DNA of 63,873 nt, the filler included. It is 10 parts of 10 records of this genome, joined end to end, with 100 filler letters (N's around TTAATTAATTAA, not from the genome) between each part and the next. Parts side by side here need not be neighbours in the genome. Positions count along the whole stretch, not along the records: positions 37,199 to 45,521 come from SRR20825010_4677; positions 45,622 to 49,740 come from SRR20825010_4684; 8 more parts are not named here. The stretch is one strand, 5' to 3'. The notes below the pieces were generated by a model. That model ran no database searches. It worked only from the letters and a program-made list of their open reading frames with translations, and was not told the origin of the DNA. Positions 37,248 to 46,681 of this stretch are shown here, one piece after another. The translations under genes and the position numbers were made by a program. How positions within the stretch are numbered: position 1 is the first letter of the stretch; each line of letters begins with the position of its first letter.

Positions 37248-37979
37248 CTAGAGTGCGTCTTCCCCGTCTTCGTCCGGCAGCTCCCGCAGCCTGACCTCGG
37301 CGACGGTCTCCGGCGCGGCACCGCCTGCAAATTTCCGTTTGTAATATGTCACCCAGATGGTGATCACGGCGGTGCCGATCAGTGTCGGCGCCAGCCAGCC
37401 TGCAAGCGGCGGCAGCATGTTGCCGGTATTGACCAGAAATGCCGTGACCGAGGCGATGGTGCCGCCGAGCATCCGGATCATGTGGGTGAAAAACCAAGCG
37501 CGGGGATCGGAGGGTGGTTTGCGGAACCGCTTCAGATCGAAATACGCCATCAGGCTGCCGACGCTTCCAAGCACGACAAGCACCGGCGCCAAGGGTTCCG
37601 TGTACCAATAAACCCCGCCATAGGTCGCCATCGCCGAACAGGCAATCAGGGTGAACTGGGCCGCTCCCTTGTCCAGCGCCCCGACCCGGTAGCGCAGATC
37701 AAGAGATGCCGCAGGCTGTTTCAGGTAAAGCGCCCGGTAACCACTCAGTACCATGTAGAAACTGAAGATGCCGACCGTCATCAGAAACAGGTCGTTTGTC
37801 GCAAGGCTGAGCGCGACCGAGCTGGCGAACACAACCGTCATCGCCAGCACATAAACACGCCCGGCAAGCCGGTGCAGGCGTCTGCCTTTCGATGACACGA
37901 TCGCAACGGCAGCGGCAGCGAGAGAGATCGCTCCCGCCACGATATGCAGGATCAGCAAAAAAGAGGGTCCGGCGTCCAT
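37248..37979 (-). CDS. DUF2306-like membrane protein
   Basis: LHIVAG, KG..LHRLAGRVY, HMIRMLGGTIASVTAF conserved His pattern. Confidence 0.7.
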   Translation of the reverse strand: MDAGPSFLLILHIVAGAISLAAAAVAIVSSKGRRLHRLAGRVYVLAMTVVFASSVALSLATNDLFLMTVGIFSFYMVLSGYRALYLKQPAASLDLRYRVGALDKGAAQFTLIACSAMATYGGVYWYTEPLAPVLVVLGSVGSLMAYFDLKRFRKPPSDPRAWFFTHMIRMLGGTIASVTAFLVNTGNMLPPLAGWLAPTLIGTAVITIWVTYYKRKFAGGAAPETVAEVRLRELPDEDGEDAL

Positions 37980-38018
37980 GATGTCAGTCTGACACCGCAG
38001 CCGCGTTCCGGGGAAGCA

Positions 38019-39197
38019 TCAAACCGGGAACAGTTCCGGCAGAGCCGCAACCCGGTAAGGCTCGGACGCGTATGACAAAGCGCCGTTCACCACGGCGAAA
38101 TCGACCTTCGGCAAAGCCTTGTCGCTGTCATCGACCACGATCAGATCCGCGCGTTTTCCGACCGCGATCACACCGCGATCGTCCAGTCCGCCAACCTTGG
38201 CGGGACCGGCCGAAACCAGTGCCCAGGCGCTGCCCAGCGGCAGGACGCCATCAGTGGCGAGCTTGAAGGCGGCATGGAACTGGGCCGGATAATAATAATC
38301 TGAGATCAGGTAATCACAGAGCCCCTCTTCGATCACCGAGAGAGCGGACACATTGCCCGAAGCGCTGCCGCCACGCAGGGCATTCGGCGCGCCCATGCCA
38401 ACCGGGTTGCCCATTGACCGGGCCGCCCGCGCCGTCTCCAGATTGACCGGGAATTCTGCGATCCGTGCACCCAGTGCATTGTAATGCTGGCGCAACTCCG
38501 GCGTATCGTCATCGTGGGAACCTGTCGGCACGCCGACCTGGCGGGCGAGCTCGGCGATCCGGCGCACGGTTTCCTCCGCCTCATCCTCGCGGGCACGGCG
38601 GGCACGAACCTCGGCCCGGAAATCATCAAAAGTCATGCCGAGCTGATGCGCCCAGCGCTGCATTTTGTCCGGTGTCTCACGCAGGGACTGCTCGAACTGC
38701 GGCAGGTGGTCATTGAACACCAGCATGGAGACGCGGCCATCTTCAAGCCAGCGCATCGCGGTTTCCTGCTCTTCGATGGCGAAGGTTTCGAACCGGAGAT
38801 GGAACTGAAGATCCGCACCAAACCGCTTCCGGCCCCGCTCGATCGCGGTCAGAATTTCTTCCGCGACCCTGGAGCTGCGGATGCCGCCTTCCCAGCTCAC
38901 CCCCTGTGCCAGAAAAGCCGTGGTGATGCCGGATGAGAGGATCGAGCGGTCCGCGTCGACCAGGGCGATGTCGATGGGGAAGTGCGTGCCGGTACGCGGC
39001 ATCAGGCTGCGCTCGTAGCCGTCACCATGAAGATCGATGATCCCCGGCAGGACGAGCCTGTCATCAAGATCGAAGGCACGTCCGGTGACGGCCCCTGTGC
39101 CGATCGCCTGGATGATACCGTCTTCGATAAGAATCTCGGTTTTCTCTACCGAGCCGTCCTCGAGCAGGACACGGGCATTAACCAGGGAAACAGACAT
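38019..39197 (-). CDS. phnM: Alpha-D-ribose 1-methylphosphonate 5-triphosphate diphosphatase (PhnM-like)
   Basis: LPGIIDLHGD..ER..MPR, GITT, HLRFE, FNDH, SHDD, AEFP, GAPNALRGGS.SGN, SDYY, DRG.I..GKRADL. Confidence 0.85.
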   Translation of the reverse strand: MSVSLVNARVLLEDGSVEKTEILIEDGIIQAIGTGAVTGRAFDLDDRLVLPGIIDLHGDGYERSLMPRTGTHFPIDIALVDADRSILSSGITTAFLAQGVSWEGGIRSSRVAEEILTAIERGRKRFGADLQFHLRFETFAIEEQETAMRWLEDGRVSMLVFNDHLPQFEQSLRETPDKMQRWAHQLGMTFDDFRAEVRARRAREDEAEETVRRIAELARQVGVPTGSHDDDTPELRQHYNALGARIAEFPVNLETARAARSMGNPVGMGAPNALRGGSASGNVSALSVIEEGLCDYLISDYYYPAQFHAAFKLATDGVLPLGSAWALVSAGPAKVGGLDDRGVIAVGKRADLIVVDDSDKALPKVDFAVVNGALSYASEPYRVAALPELFPV

Positions 39198-39248
39198 GGA
39201 ACCTCAAGCGGACTGGACTTCGGAAAAGGGAACATGTCCCCCTATTTC

Positions 39249-39266
39249 ATTGCAAAAGAATGACAA
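39249..39266 (-). promoter_or_regulatory. Candidate Pho box upstream of phnM
   Basis: Minus strand TTGTCAT-tctt-TTGCAAT, 11-bp periodicity, about 50 bp upstream of the start codon. Confidence 0.45.
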
Positions 39267-39307
39267 GCGGAAAGAAAATTCCCGCCGCGACCCGAAGCCG
39301 GCCCGGT

Positions 39308-39637
39308 TCAGTCGTCGCCGCCCACGTCTTTCGCAGCCATCATCTCCACCCGCTTCTCGCGGTGAATAAGGAAAAGGTTGCGGATATAGACAATGAGGCC
39401 GGTCGACTGACCGAGGATAAATACCGGGTCCACACGCCAGATCGCATAGATCAACATCATGATACCGCCGGCACAGCTGAAATACCAGAAGGCGACAGGA
39501 ATCACGCTCTTGCGGCCGATCTCGCTGGAGACCCACTGCACCAGAAAGCGCGCCGCGAACAACGCCTGGGCAACAAATCCGAATGTGAGCATGACCATCT
39601 CTTCAATGGAGAGGTCGAAGAAGGCATCCAGGTTCAC
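39308..39637 (-). CDS. Lipid-A-disaccharide synthase N-terminal (LAB_N) domain membrane protein
   Basis: GFVAQALFAARFLVQW.SE...SVIP.AFW...DPVFILGQ...YIRNL. Confidence 0.88.
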   Translation of the reverse strand: MNLDAFFDLSIEEMVMLTFGFVAQALFAARFLVQWVSSEIGRKSVIPVAFWYFSCAGGIMMLIYAIWRVDPVFILGQSTGLIVYIRNLFLIHREKRVEMMAAKDVGGDD

Positions 39638-40410
39638 TGATCGATTTCTTTCGCTTTAAGGCCGCCCGGACTCCGGCGCAGCAACCAGGCCACGCCCAGC
39701 AGGTCGGGAATGCCAACCAATGCACGGCCGAAATTCGAATATTTGGACTGACCATGCTGACGGTGGCGATGGTTTACCGGAACCACATGCACCACGCAAT
39801 TCTCGCGTTTCGCCAGAGCCGGCAGGAACCGGTGCATGTGATCGAAATAGGGAAAGCGCAGGAAGGTGTTGCGGGCATAGAGCTTCAGGGAGCAACCGGT
39901 ATCCGGATTGTCGTCCTTCAACAGCGCGCGCCGCAGCTTGTTGGCATATTTCGACGCCACCCGCTTGGACGCGGTGTCCTGCCGGTTAACCCGGTGACCG
40001 GTGATCATGACCGGCTGCTCCATCGTCGCAGTCTGCCGGTACTTCTCCAGCAGCTTCGGGATATCGGCCGGATCGTTCTGCCCGTCGCCATCCAGCGTGG
40101 CGATGATCTCGCCCCGCGCGGCGGTGACGCCGTTTCGAAGGCCCGCGCTCTGCCCGCAGGTCCGGTCATGCCGGATCACCCGGAGATGCGGGCGATCCGC
40201 CTTCAGGCGCCGCAGGATGTCCGGCGTCTCATCGCTGCTGCAATCGTCGATATAGATGATCTCGAAAATACAGACGCCGGTCAGCGCCGCCTCGATCTCG
40301 CCGACCAGCGGCGCGATGTTCTCGGCTTCGTTCAAAACCGGCACAATGACGGAAAGCAAGGGCGGCGTACCGGCGCCTGCCTCGGGACTGGAAACACTTG
40401 AATGCGGCAC
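39634..40410 (-). CDS. GT2 polyprenyl-phosphate glycosyltransferase (DPM1/RgtE-like)
   Basis: VPVLNEAEN, DDCSSD, GQSA, LDGDGQNDP, DTGCSLK, MHRFLP. Confidence 0.88.
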   Translation of the reverse strand: MPHSSVSSPEAGAGTPPLLSVIVPVLNEAENIAPLVGEIEAALTGVCIFEIIYIDDCSSDETPDILRRLKADRPHLRVIRHDRTCGQSAGLRNGVTAARGEIIATLDGDGQNDPADIPKLLEKYRQTATMEQPVMITGHRVNRQDTASKRVASKYANKLRRALLKDDNPDTGCSLKLYARNTFLRFPYFDHMHRFLPALAKRENCVVHVVPVNHRHRQHGQSKYSNFGRALVGIPDLLGVAWLLRRSPGGLKAKEIDQ

Positions 40411-40506
40411 GTCGGCCCTTTCGAAAATGCCTGCCTTTGCGGTTCATAAGGGGTGGGGACGCCCCGATCAACCGCCAAGGGCGGGACGCTGATTTGTCGC
40501 AGGCGC

Positions 40507-42141
40507 CTAACGGGGTGCGGCGCGGTAGAGCGTAACAGCCACCGGGTCGCCCCGGGAATAGTTCAGCCCCCTGATTGTAGCACCTGCCTCCGGCTGGAGA
40601 TTGAGGATTTCCGCCTCCTTCAGGAAGTCATCACGGTGTCTGGCCTCAACAAGCACAACACCGTCACGAACCGCGTCAAGATAACGGGCGGCCGCCGCAC
40701 CACCGCCATGTTTTGTGCCGGTGCCGAGCAGGAAAACCGCGCTCGGCTCACCAAACCCCGCAATGAACACTGGCGTGGATCGATCCGGAGCGGATTCGGA
40801 AACCGCAGCGGCAAGCCGCGTCCCCACCCAAAGCGGCTGAAGAGACGGCAGCGCGGCTTCGAAGATCAGCACATAGGTACCCGCGGCGCCGATAATCGCA
40901 GCCATCAGGGCCGGACGCATGGTCCCTCGCCAGTAGGCAACGGTGGTGAAGAGCGCGACCGCCAAAGCCGCCAGCCCGGCGCTCCAGAACGCCACCCCCG
41001 GCATTGCCAGGGTCACTGGCGGCATCAGGAAGAGCGGACTCCCCAGCAACCCCACCGCGAGCGCAATCCCGAGAAGCAACCAGATACCGCCCCACCCCCG
41101 GCTCCAGCGCCGCCCGAAGTGACGGGCAATCGCTCCGGTGTCGGTGACGGCCATCGCCGTCAGGATCGCCAGAGCGGGGAATATCGGCAGGGTGTAATGC
41201 GGCAGCTTGGTCGGGATCAGCTCGAACATCAGCCAGACCGGCAAAGCCCAGCAGATCAGGAACCGGACCGGCTTTTCGGCCCTCTTCACCCAGGCTCCCG
41301 CGACGGCCACCGGGAGAAAAAGCGATCCCGGCCAGAATGTCAGCGCGAGAATGGCAAGGTAATAGCCCGGCGGCATACCGTGACTTTCCACCCCGCCGCC
41401 GACCTTGTTCAGCATATCCTCTACCACCGCCTTTTGCAGAAAATGGCCGTCCGACTGCACGATGATCGCAATGAGCCAGGGCAGCGTGACCGCCAGCATC
41501 AACGGAATGCCAAATAGCGGACGCAGCGGCTTTGCCCAAACCAGTGTCCGGTCCCAGATCCCGAGACCGGCAACCGTCGCGAGCGCCGGCACCAGAGCGA
41601 CAGGCCCCTTCAGCATCACCCCGGCCCCGAGCGCGATCCAGAACAGCGGGAAAAGATGGCGGCGATGCTCACCCCGATAGAGCGCCGCCAGGACATATTG
41701 CCCGGCCGTGATCGCCGCGAGCAGCATCGCATCCGTCTTCGCGATATGCGCCTCGGCAACCAGCAGAATACTGGAGGCCAGTATTCCGGCCGCGACGATG
41801 GCGACAGATCGCGAGGTCAGAGTAACGGCTGTCAGATAAGTGAAAATAACCGCCAGCACCGCGCCCAGCACCGATGGCAACCGATAGGCCCAGAGCGCGG
41901 TTTTATCGCCCCCGGCAAACAGCGATACCGACGCGGCCTGCATCCAGTAGATCAGCGCCGGCTTCTTGTAGCGCGGCTCTTCCTGAAAGCGGATATCGAT
42001 ATAGTCGCCTGTTTCGAGCATCTGTTTGGAGGCCTGCATGAATCGCGGCTCGTCCCGGTCAAGCGGCGGCGTGGTTCCCAGGCCGGGCAGGTAAAGCACC
42101 AGGAATAGCGCCGCGAGAGCGATGGCGTGTCGAACAGGCAT
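40507..42141 (-). CDS. ArnT/GT83-like (GT39 superfamily) lipid-dependent glycosyltransferase
   Basis: DRDEPRF.QASKQM, KKP..IYW, AKTDA, LKGP, PTKLPHY. Confidence 0.88.
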   Translation of the reverse strand: MPVRHAIALAALFLVLYLPGLGTTPPLDRDEPRFMQASKQMLETGDYIDIRFQEEPRYKKPALIYWMQAASVSLFAGGDKTALWAYRLPSVLGAVLAVIFTYLTAVTLTSRSVAIVAAGILASSILLVAEAHIAKTDAMLLAAITAGQYVLAALYRGEHRRHLFPLFWIALGAGVMLKGPVALVPALATVAGLGIWDRTLVWAKPLRPLFGIPLMLAVTLPWLIAIIVQSDGHFLQKAVVEDMLNKVGGGVESHGMPPGYYLAILALTFWPGSLFLPVAVAGAWVKRAEKPVRFLICWALPVWLMFELIPTKLPHYTLPIFPALAILTAMAVTDTGAIARHFGRRWSRGWGGIWLLLGIALAVGLLGSPLFLMPPVTLAMPGVAFWSAGLAALAVALFTTVAYWRGTMRPALMAAIIGAAGTYVLIFEAALPSLQPLWVGTRLAAAVSESAPDRSTPVFIAGFGEPSAVFLLGTGTKHGGGAAAARYLDAVRDGVVLVEARHRDDFLKEAEILNLQPEAGATIRGLNYSRGDPVAVTLYRAAPR

Positions 42142-42283
42142 GCAAACTGTTACCGGATGAAGAACGCAACGACGAGCTATATAGCGCCAGATTACTACAG
42201 TTCTGTGAGCATACCCAATGCGACAGAACCCCAGCCTGTCATCGCCAGAGGCATCAAGCTAGACTCACATTGAAGATGCACTA

Positions 42284-43573
42284 GTGGAACTCAACGGAAT
42301 GAGTGACAAGCAACCTGCTTCCATACAAGACGAAACCTCGGTGTCCCAGACATCCGCATCGGAGGTTCTTTCAGAGGCCAATTTGCAAAGTCTTGTGGAA
42401 TGTGTTGGCCCTCTTCTCCAAAGAGGTGGCCGAACACTGGCCTACCAATTGCCGATTGCCTCACGTATCGGCCATCTGACGCTAGAGCCGTTCTGCCTCT
42501 ACAATCTCTTCGGAGAGAGCCACGACAATATTGCTGTTATCACTTACGATCGCCGCCTTCACAAATACAGCAGCGGCGTCCGGCGCCTGCATGAACCACA
42601 GATCACCTTTATCGAGACGATGAAGCGCAAGCTCGTTGCTCTTGGACATCTTGACGCCGGCATCATTGAGTTCGGGACTCTGTCCTGGGCTCTTACTTCC
42701 ATGACGGCCCTGATGCGGGATTTCGTAAAACAGATGGAAGCTGGCAAACCGATCCGACATCTAACCGCCCCCCCCGATCTGCTTGAAGAAGGGGCAAGCC
42801 TTCTCGCTTCAATGGGATACGGTGACGGAAGACCTTCCGTGGTTTTGCATGTCCGGGACAAGCAGTTCCTGCCGGACCAGACTCATAACTTCTTTCGCAC
42901 CGCCAACATTGCCGATTATGGCCCGGCCATAGATTATCTGGTCCAGCGTGGTTACCGCGTCTTCCGGATTGGTGATCCCACATCGACAAGGCTTGAGCAT
43001 GAAAATCCTCTGGTGGTCGACCTGCCGCACCATCCTGACTACTCGGATTTGCTCGACGTTTATTGCATGGCAACCGCTCGGTTTGCCGTAACCTCAGCGT
43101 CTGGTCCGGAAGCGATTGCTCGTGTGTTGAATACACCAATGGTGCAGGTGAACGGATATGCCCAACACGATCACTGGGTGAATCCTGACGATATTCTGCT
43201 GTTCAAGACCTACCGGAACGGCTCGACGGGAGCGCTTCTGTCTTATGACGAGATACTCGGACGCGACCTCTTTACCGAAAACACAGTAGCAGCCTTCGAT
43301 CGCGCCGGGGTTGCGCTCGAAGATAACAGCCCAGCCGATATACTCGCCGCCGTCATGGAAATGGATGCCCGGATTGAAGGCCGCCTAGAACAGGATTGCG
43401 AACTTCATGACCGCTTCCACGATATTTCAAGACAACATCTTGACCGCTATCGAGCCAATCTAGCGAATACAGAAAAACGCCCCCCAAACCGTATTGAAAC
43501 CTACGCCTACGCCCTTCCTTGGACCAATTACAGCCAATCCTTCATGCAGGCCAATCCCTGGTTCCTCCGGTAG
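42284..43573 (+). CDS. TIGR04372-like putative glycosyltransferase
   Basis: RIGHL, LHVRD...R.A.I..Y..AI.YL..RGY.V.RIGD, SASGP, LEDNSP.DI..AV.EM. Confidence 0.7.
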   Translation: MELNGMSDKQPASIQDETSVSQTSASEVLSEANLQSLVECVGPLLQRGGRTLAYQLPIASRIGHLTLEPFCLYNLFGESHDNIAVITYDRRLHKYSSGVRRLHEPQITFIETMKRKLVALGHLDAGIIEFGTLSWALTSMTALMRDFVKQMEAGKPIRHLTAPPDLLEEGASLLASMGYGDGRPSVVLHVRDKQFLPDQTHNFFRTANIADYGPAIDYLVQRGYRVFRIGDPTSTRLEHENPLVVDLPHHPDYSDLLDVYCMATARFAVTSASGPEAIARVLNTPMVQVNGYAQHDHWVNPDDILLFKTYRNGSTGALLSYDEILGRDLFTENTVAAFDRAGVALEDNSPADILAAVMEMDARIEGRLEQDCELHDRFHDISRQHLDRYRANLANTEKRPPNRIETYAYALPWTNYSQSFMQANPWFLR

Positions 43574-43678
43574 GAGACACTCTGCCGCGCCACACTCTTG
43601 CCTCTCTGGGAAGGACATATTAGGTCCAGAGGCTTCTCCCGCGCGTATCGCAGGAGACTATGTTGGGAGACGATAACG

Positions 43679-44167
43679 ATGGCCCGAACCAGCCTGCCGA
43701 TCCTGATCGCTTTTCTCGTCGCATTCAGCGGTAACGCCGCCCATGCCGTGTTCCCCGAAAGCAGCGACAGTGCAATCGAGCGGCCGCCGATCTACTTTGC
43801 CGGCATCAAGGCCATCGAAGACGGGGACTATGCCAAAGGCCTCGAAATCATGCAGTCGTTCGTCGACGAGGATCCGCAGGATGCCGATGCCTGGGCATTG
43901 ATCGGCTTCAGCCTGCGCAAGACCAAACGTTACGTGGATAGCGAGCTTGCCTATCAGAAGGCTTTGGAGGCCGATCCGAAAAACCTCGCGGCCAACGCCT
44001 ATGCGGCAAAACTCTACCTCGAGACCGGCCGCGTCCAGGACGCGGAACAGAAGCTCGCCGTTCTGGATGATCTCTGTGCGGGCGGGAAAGGCTGCGAGGA
44101 GCGGCAAAGGCTGGCCGAGATGATCGAGGCCTACCAGAAGACCGGGAAGGTCGGCTCGGACTGGTAG
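43679..44167 (+). CDS. Exported tetratricopeptide repeat protein
   Basis: Signal peptide AHA, TPR helices ADAWALIGFSLRK, C-terminal LC..GCEE. Confidence 0.8.
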   Translation: MARTSLPILIAFLVAFSGNAAHAVFPESSDSAIERPPIYFAGIKAIEDGDYAKGLEIMQSFVDEDPQDADAWALIGFSLRKTKRYVDSELAYQKALEADPKNLAANAYAAKLYLETGRVQDAEQKLAVLDDLCAGGKGCEERQRLAEMIEAYQKTGKVGSDW

Positions 44168-44170
44168 GCT

Positions 44171-45091
44171 TCAGTCCAGCTCCAGGCCGCCATCCCATTC
44201 GGGATTATCCCGGAACCGCTTGCGCAGAAAGTCGATGAAGACACGCACCTTCAACGGCAGGTTCCGCGCGTTTGGGTAAAGGGCATAAAGCCCTATCGGA
44301 GCAGGAACATAGCCGGACAGGATCTGTTGCAGACGCCCCGCCCGGATACTGTCCCCGGCAATGAAGGTCGGGATCTGGGCGATGCCGCCCCCATGTTCCG
44401 CCATGCTCAGGATGGCATCGCCGTTATTCATCAGCATGCGCGGGACGATACGGTATGGCTGGGACCGCCCCTCGACACGGAAATCCCAGGCCGTGCCTTC
44501 ATTGAGATAGCTGTAGGCGAGATGCTCGTGCCCCGTGAGGTCCCCCGGATGTTTCGGCTCGCCCCGTTTTTTCAGATAATCCGGCGAAGCCACTGTCACC
44601 AGCCGCGCCGGACAGAGCTTGCGGGCAATCAGCGTCGAATCCTCCAGCCGGCCGATCCGGAGCGCCACGTCGTAGCCTTCCTCGACCAGATCAACCCGGC
44701 GGTCATTCAACACCAGCTCCATGCTGAGTTCGGGATATTCGAACAGAAAATCCGGCAGCACCCGCGCGAGATGCAAACGGCCAAAGGACACACCCGTACT
44801 GATCCGCAGGCGCCCGCTCGGGTTTGACTGCAGGGAGCCCGCCTCCCGCTCCGCCGCGTCGACTTCCGCCACAATCCGCTGGCAGCGCTCATAAAGCAGG
44901 GTGCCGGGCTCGGTCAGGCTGAAGCGGCGCGTCGTGCGGTTGAGAAGGCGCGTGCCGAGATGGTCCTCCAGCGCACTTACCTGCTTAGAGACCGAGGATT
45001 TGGAAATCCCCAGACTGCTTGCCGCCTTCGAGAAACCTCCCTCCTCGACGACTTTCGCAAACACCACCAGCCCGGTCAGATTATCCAGCAT
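44171..45091 (-). CDS. LysR family transcriptional regulator (CrgA-like)
   Basis: GGFSKAA..LG.SKSSVSK...LLNRTTR, DLVEEGYDVALR, KVRVFIDFL. Confidence 0.93.
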   Translation of the reverse strand: MLDNLTGLVVFAKVVEEGGFSKAASSLGISKSSVSKQVSALEDHLGTRLLNRTTRRFSLTEPGTLLYERCQRIVAEVDAAEREAGSLQSNPSGRLRISTGVSFGRLHLARVLPDFLFEYPELSMELVLNDRRVDLVEEGYDVALRIGRLEDSTLIARKLCPARLVTVASPDYLKKRGEPKHPGDLTGHEHLAYSYLNEGTAWDFRVEGRSQPYRIVPRMLMNNGDAILSMAEHGGGIAQIPTFIAGDSIRAGRLQQILSGYVPAPIGLYALYPNARNLPLKVRVFIDFLRKRFRDNPEWDGGLELD

Positions 45092-45105
45092 CGCGCCCTC
45101 TCACA

Positions 45106-45121
45106 GTTTCTCATGGGAAAC
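45106..45121. promoter_or_regulatory. Probable LysR recognition site
   Basis: GTTTC-tcatgg-GAAAC containing T-N11-A, just upstream of lysR. Confidence 0.45.
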
Positions 45122-45215
45122 AATTTTATTCGTTTTACCCTAATTGTTCGAACGCAACAATATCCCCAAATCTCATGTCGAAGCGGCGATGCAACCCCGT
45201 CGCGGGAGACACATC

Positions 45216-45521
45216 ATGACGAAACTTCTTGTTCTTTATTATTCATCCTACGGCCATATCGAAACCATGGCCGGTGCTGTCGCCAAGGGCGCCTCCGCTG
45301 TCGATGGCGTCGAGGTCACCGTGAAGCGCGTTCCTGAACTGATGCCGGACGATGTCGCGAAAAATGCCGGCATCAAGCTGGACCAGAACGCCCCCGTGGC
45401 CACACCGTCGGAACTTGCCGACTATGACGCGATCATCTTCGGCACCCCGACCCGGTTCGGCAACATGGCGTCGCAGATGCGCAACTTCCTCGACCAGACC
45501 GGCGGCCTGTGGGCCAAGGGC
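45216..45521 (+). CDS. wrbA: NAD(P)H:quinone oxidoreductase type IV (3' truncated)
   Basis: [44 protein letters not shown]. Confidence 0.93.
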
Positions 45522-45621
45522 NNNNNNNNNNNNNNNNNNNNNNNNNNNNNNNNNNNNNNNNNNNNTTAATTAATTAANNNNNNNNNNNNNNNNNNNNNNN
45601 NNNNNNNNNNNNNNNNNNNNN

Positions 45622-45925
45622 CAACAATGTCGGCCTGATGGAAGACCGCGCGACCTTGCGGATTTCCAGCCAGCATATCGCCAACTGGCTGCATCACGGC
45701 GTCTGCGATGCGGCCCAGGTCGAGGAGACCATGAAGCGCATGGCCAAGGTGGTGGACGGCCAGAATGCCGACGATCCCGCCTATACGCCGATGGCCCCTG
45801 ACTTCGACAAGAGCATCGCCTTCCAGGCCGCCTGCGATCTGGTCTTCAAGGGCCGCGAGCAGCCGAGCGGCTATACCGAGCCGGTGCTGCACGGCCGCCG
45901 TCAGGAAGCGAAGGCCCAGGGTTAA
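45622..45925 (+). CDS. glcB: Malate synthase G, 3' end
   Basis: [22 protein letters not shown]...[11 protein letters not shown]. Confidence 0.95.
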
Positions 45926-45952
45926 GAGCGACCACGGTTAAACACATCCGGA

Positions 45953-45984
45953 AAAGAGACTGGCGATTATTCGCCGGTCTCTTT
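45953..45984. terminator. Intrinsic terminator after glcB
   Basis: AAAGAGAC(T)GGCGA-tta-TTCGCC(G)GTCTCTTT. Confidence 0.7.
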
Positions 45985-46099
45985 GTCTATGTGGGCAGTG
46001 CCGTGTCAGGCCTGGCTTGAAAGCAGGCTGAGCGGGCATTCTCCCAAGAGGGAAAGAGGCTACGGGCACATCACCCGGATCACGGCGAAGATCCGTGAA

Positions 46100-46309
46100 C
46101 TAGTCTTCGTCCGTCGGTGGCCGCAAACCGAGATCCATGACCTGTTTCCGGGCTTCCTCGTCCTCAACGCCGCCCATGGCGGACAGCAGCATTGCGGCGG
46201 CGACGATCCCTTCCATATGCGCTTTCAGGGGTGACAGCCCGCGCTCGAAGGATTCTTCAACCGTCTCAAGATAGGCATCTTCGATCATACTTCTGGTGCT
46301 ATCGTCCAC
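46100..46309 (-). CDS. Small hypothetical protein
   Basis: 69-aa acidic helical ORF, GTG start with AGAGGG RBS. Confidence 0.6.
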   Translation of the reverse strand: MDDSTRSMIEDAYLETVEESFERGLSPLKAHMEGIVAAAMLLSAMGGVEDEEARKQVMDLGLRPPTDED

Positions 46310-46681
46310 GACGCCCTCTATCTGGAACGAGTTCCCTTAAGGCCTATTGCCTCACGGCCCGCAATGCAATGCGCTTGCCCCGGGAAAATAATCACTTTTT
46401 GAAAACGGCATTTATGAATTTCCGGCATGGGGCTGCCGCAAGAAAGCCATAAGAAACCGTCCCCCGTAAGGCCTGCAGTCTGACCGCTCATTTTTCGTGT
46501 CCGAGACATCAATTCCGGCACACTTATTTCGGATTTCTTCGAAACCACCGGGCCACGGCCGCCTGCTGACAAGTGATCACAAATCCTTGATGGCGCGTTT
46601 GAATGCGCATCCTGCCCCCAATCTGGCTTTAGGTTGCGCTCGACGCAGGCGTGAACAGCGTAAAAATGGGAATGTGGGTTA

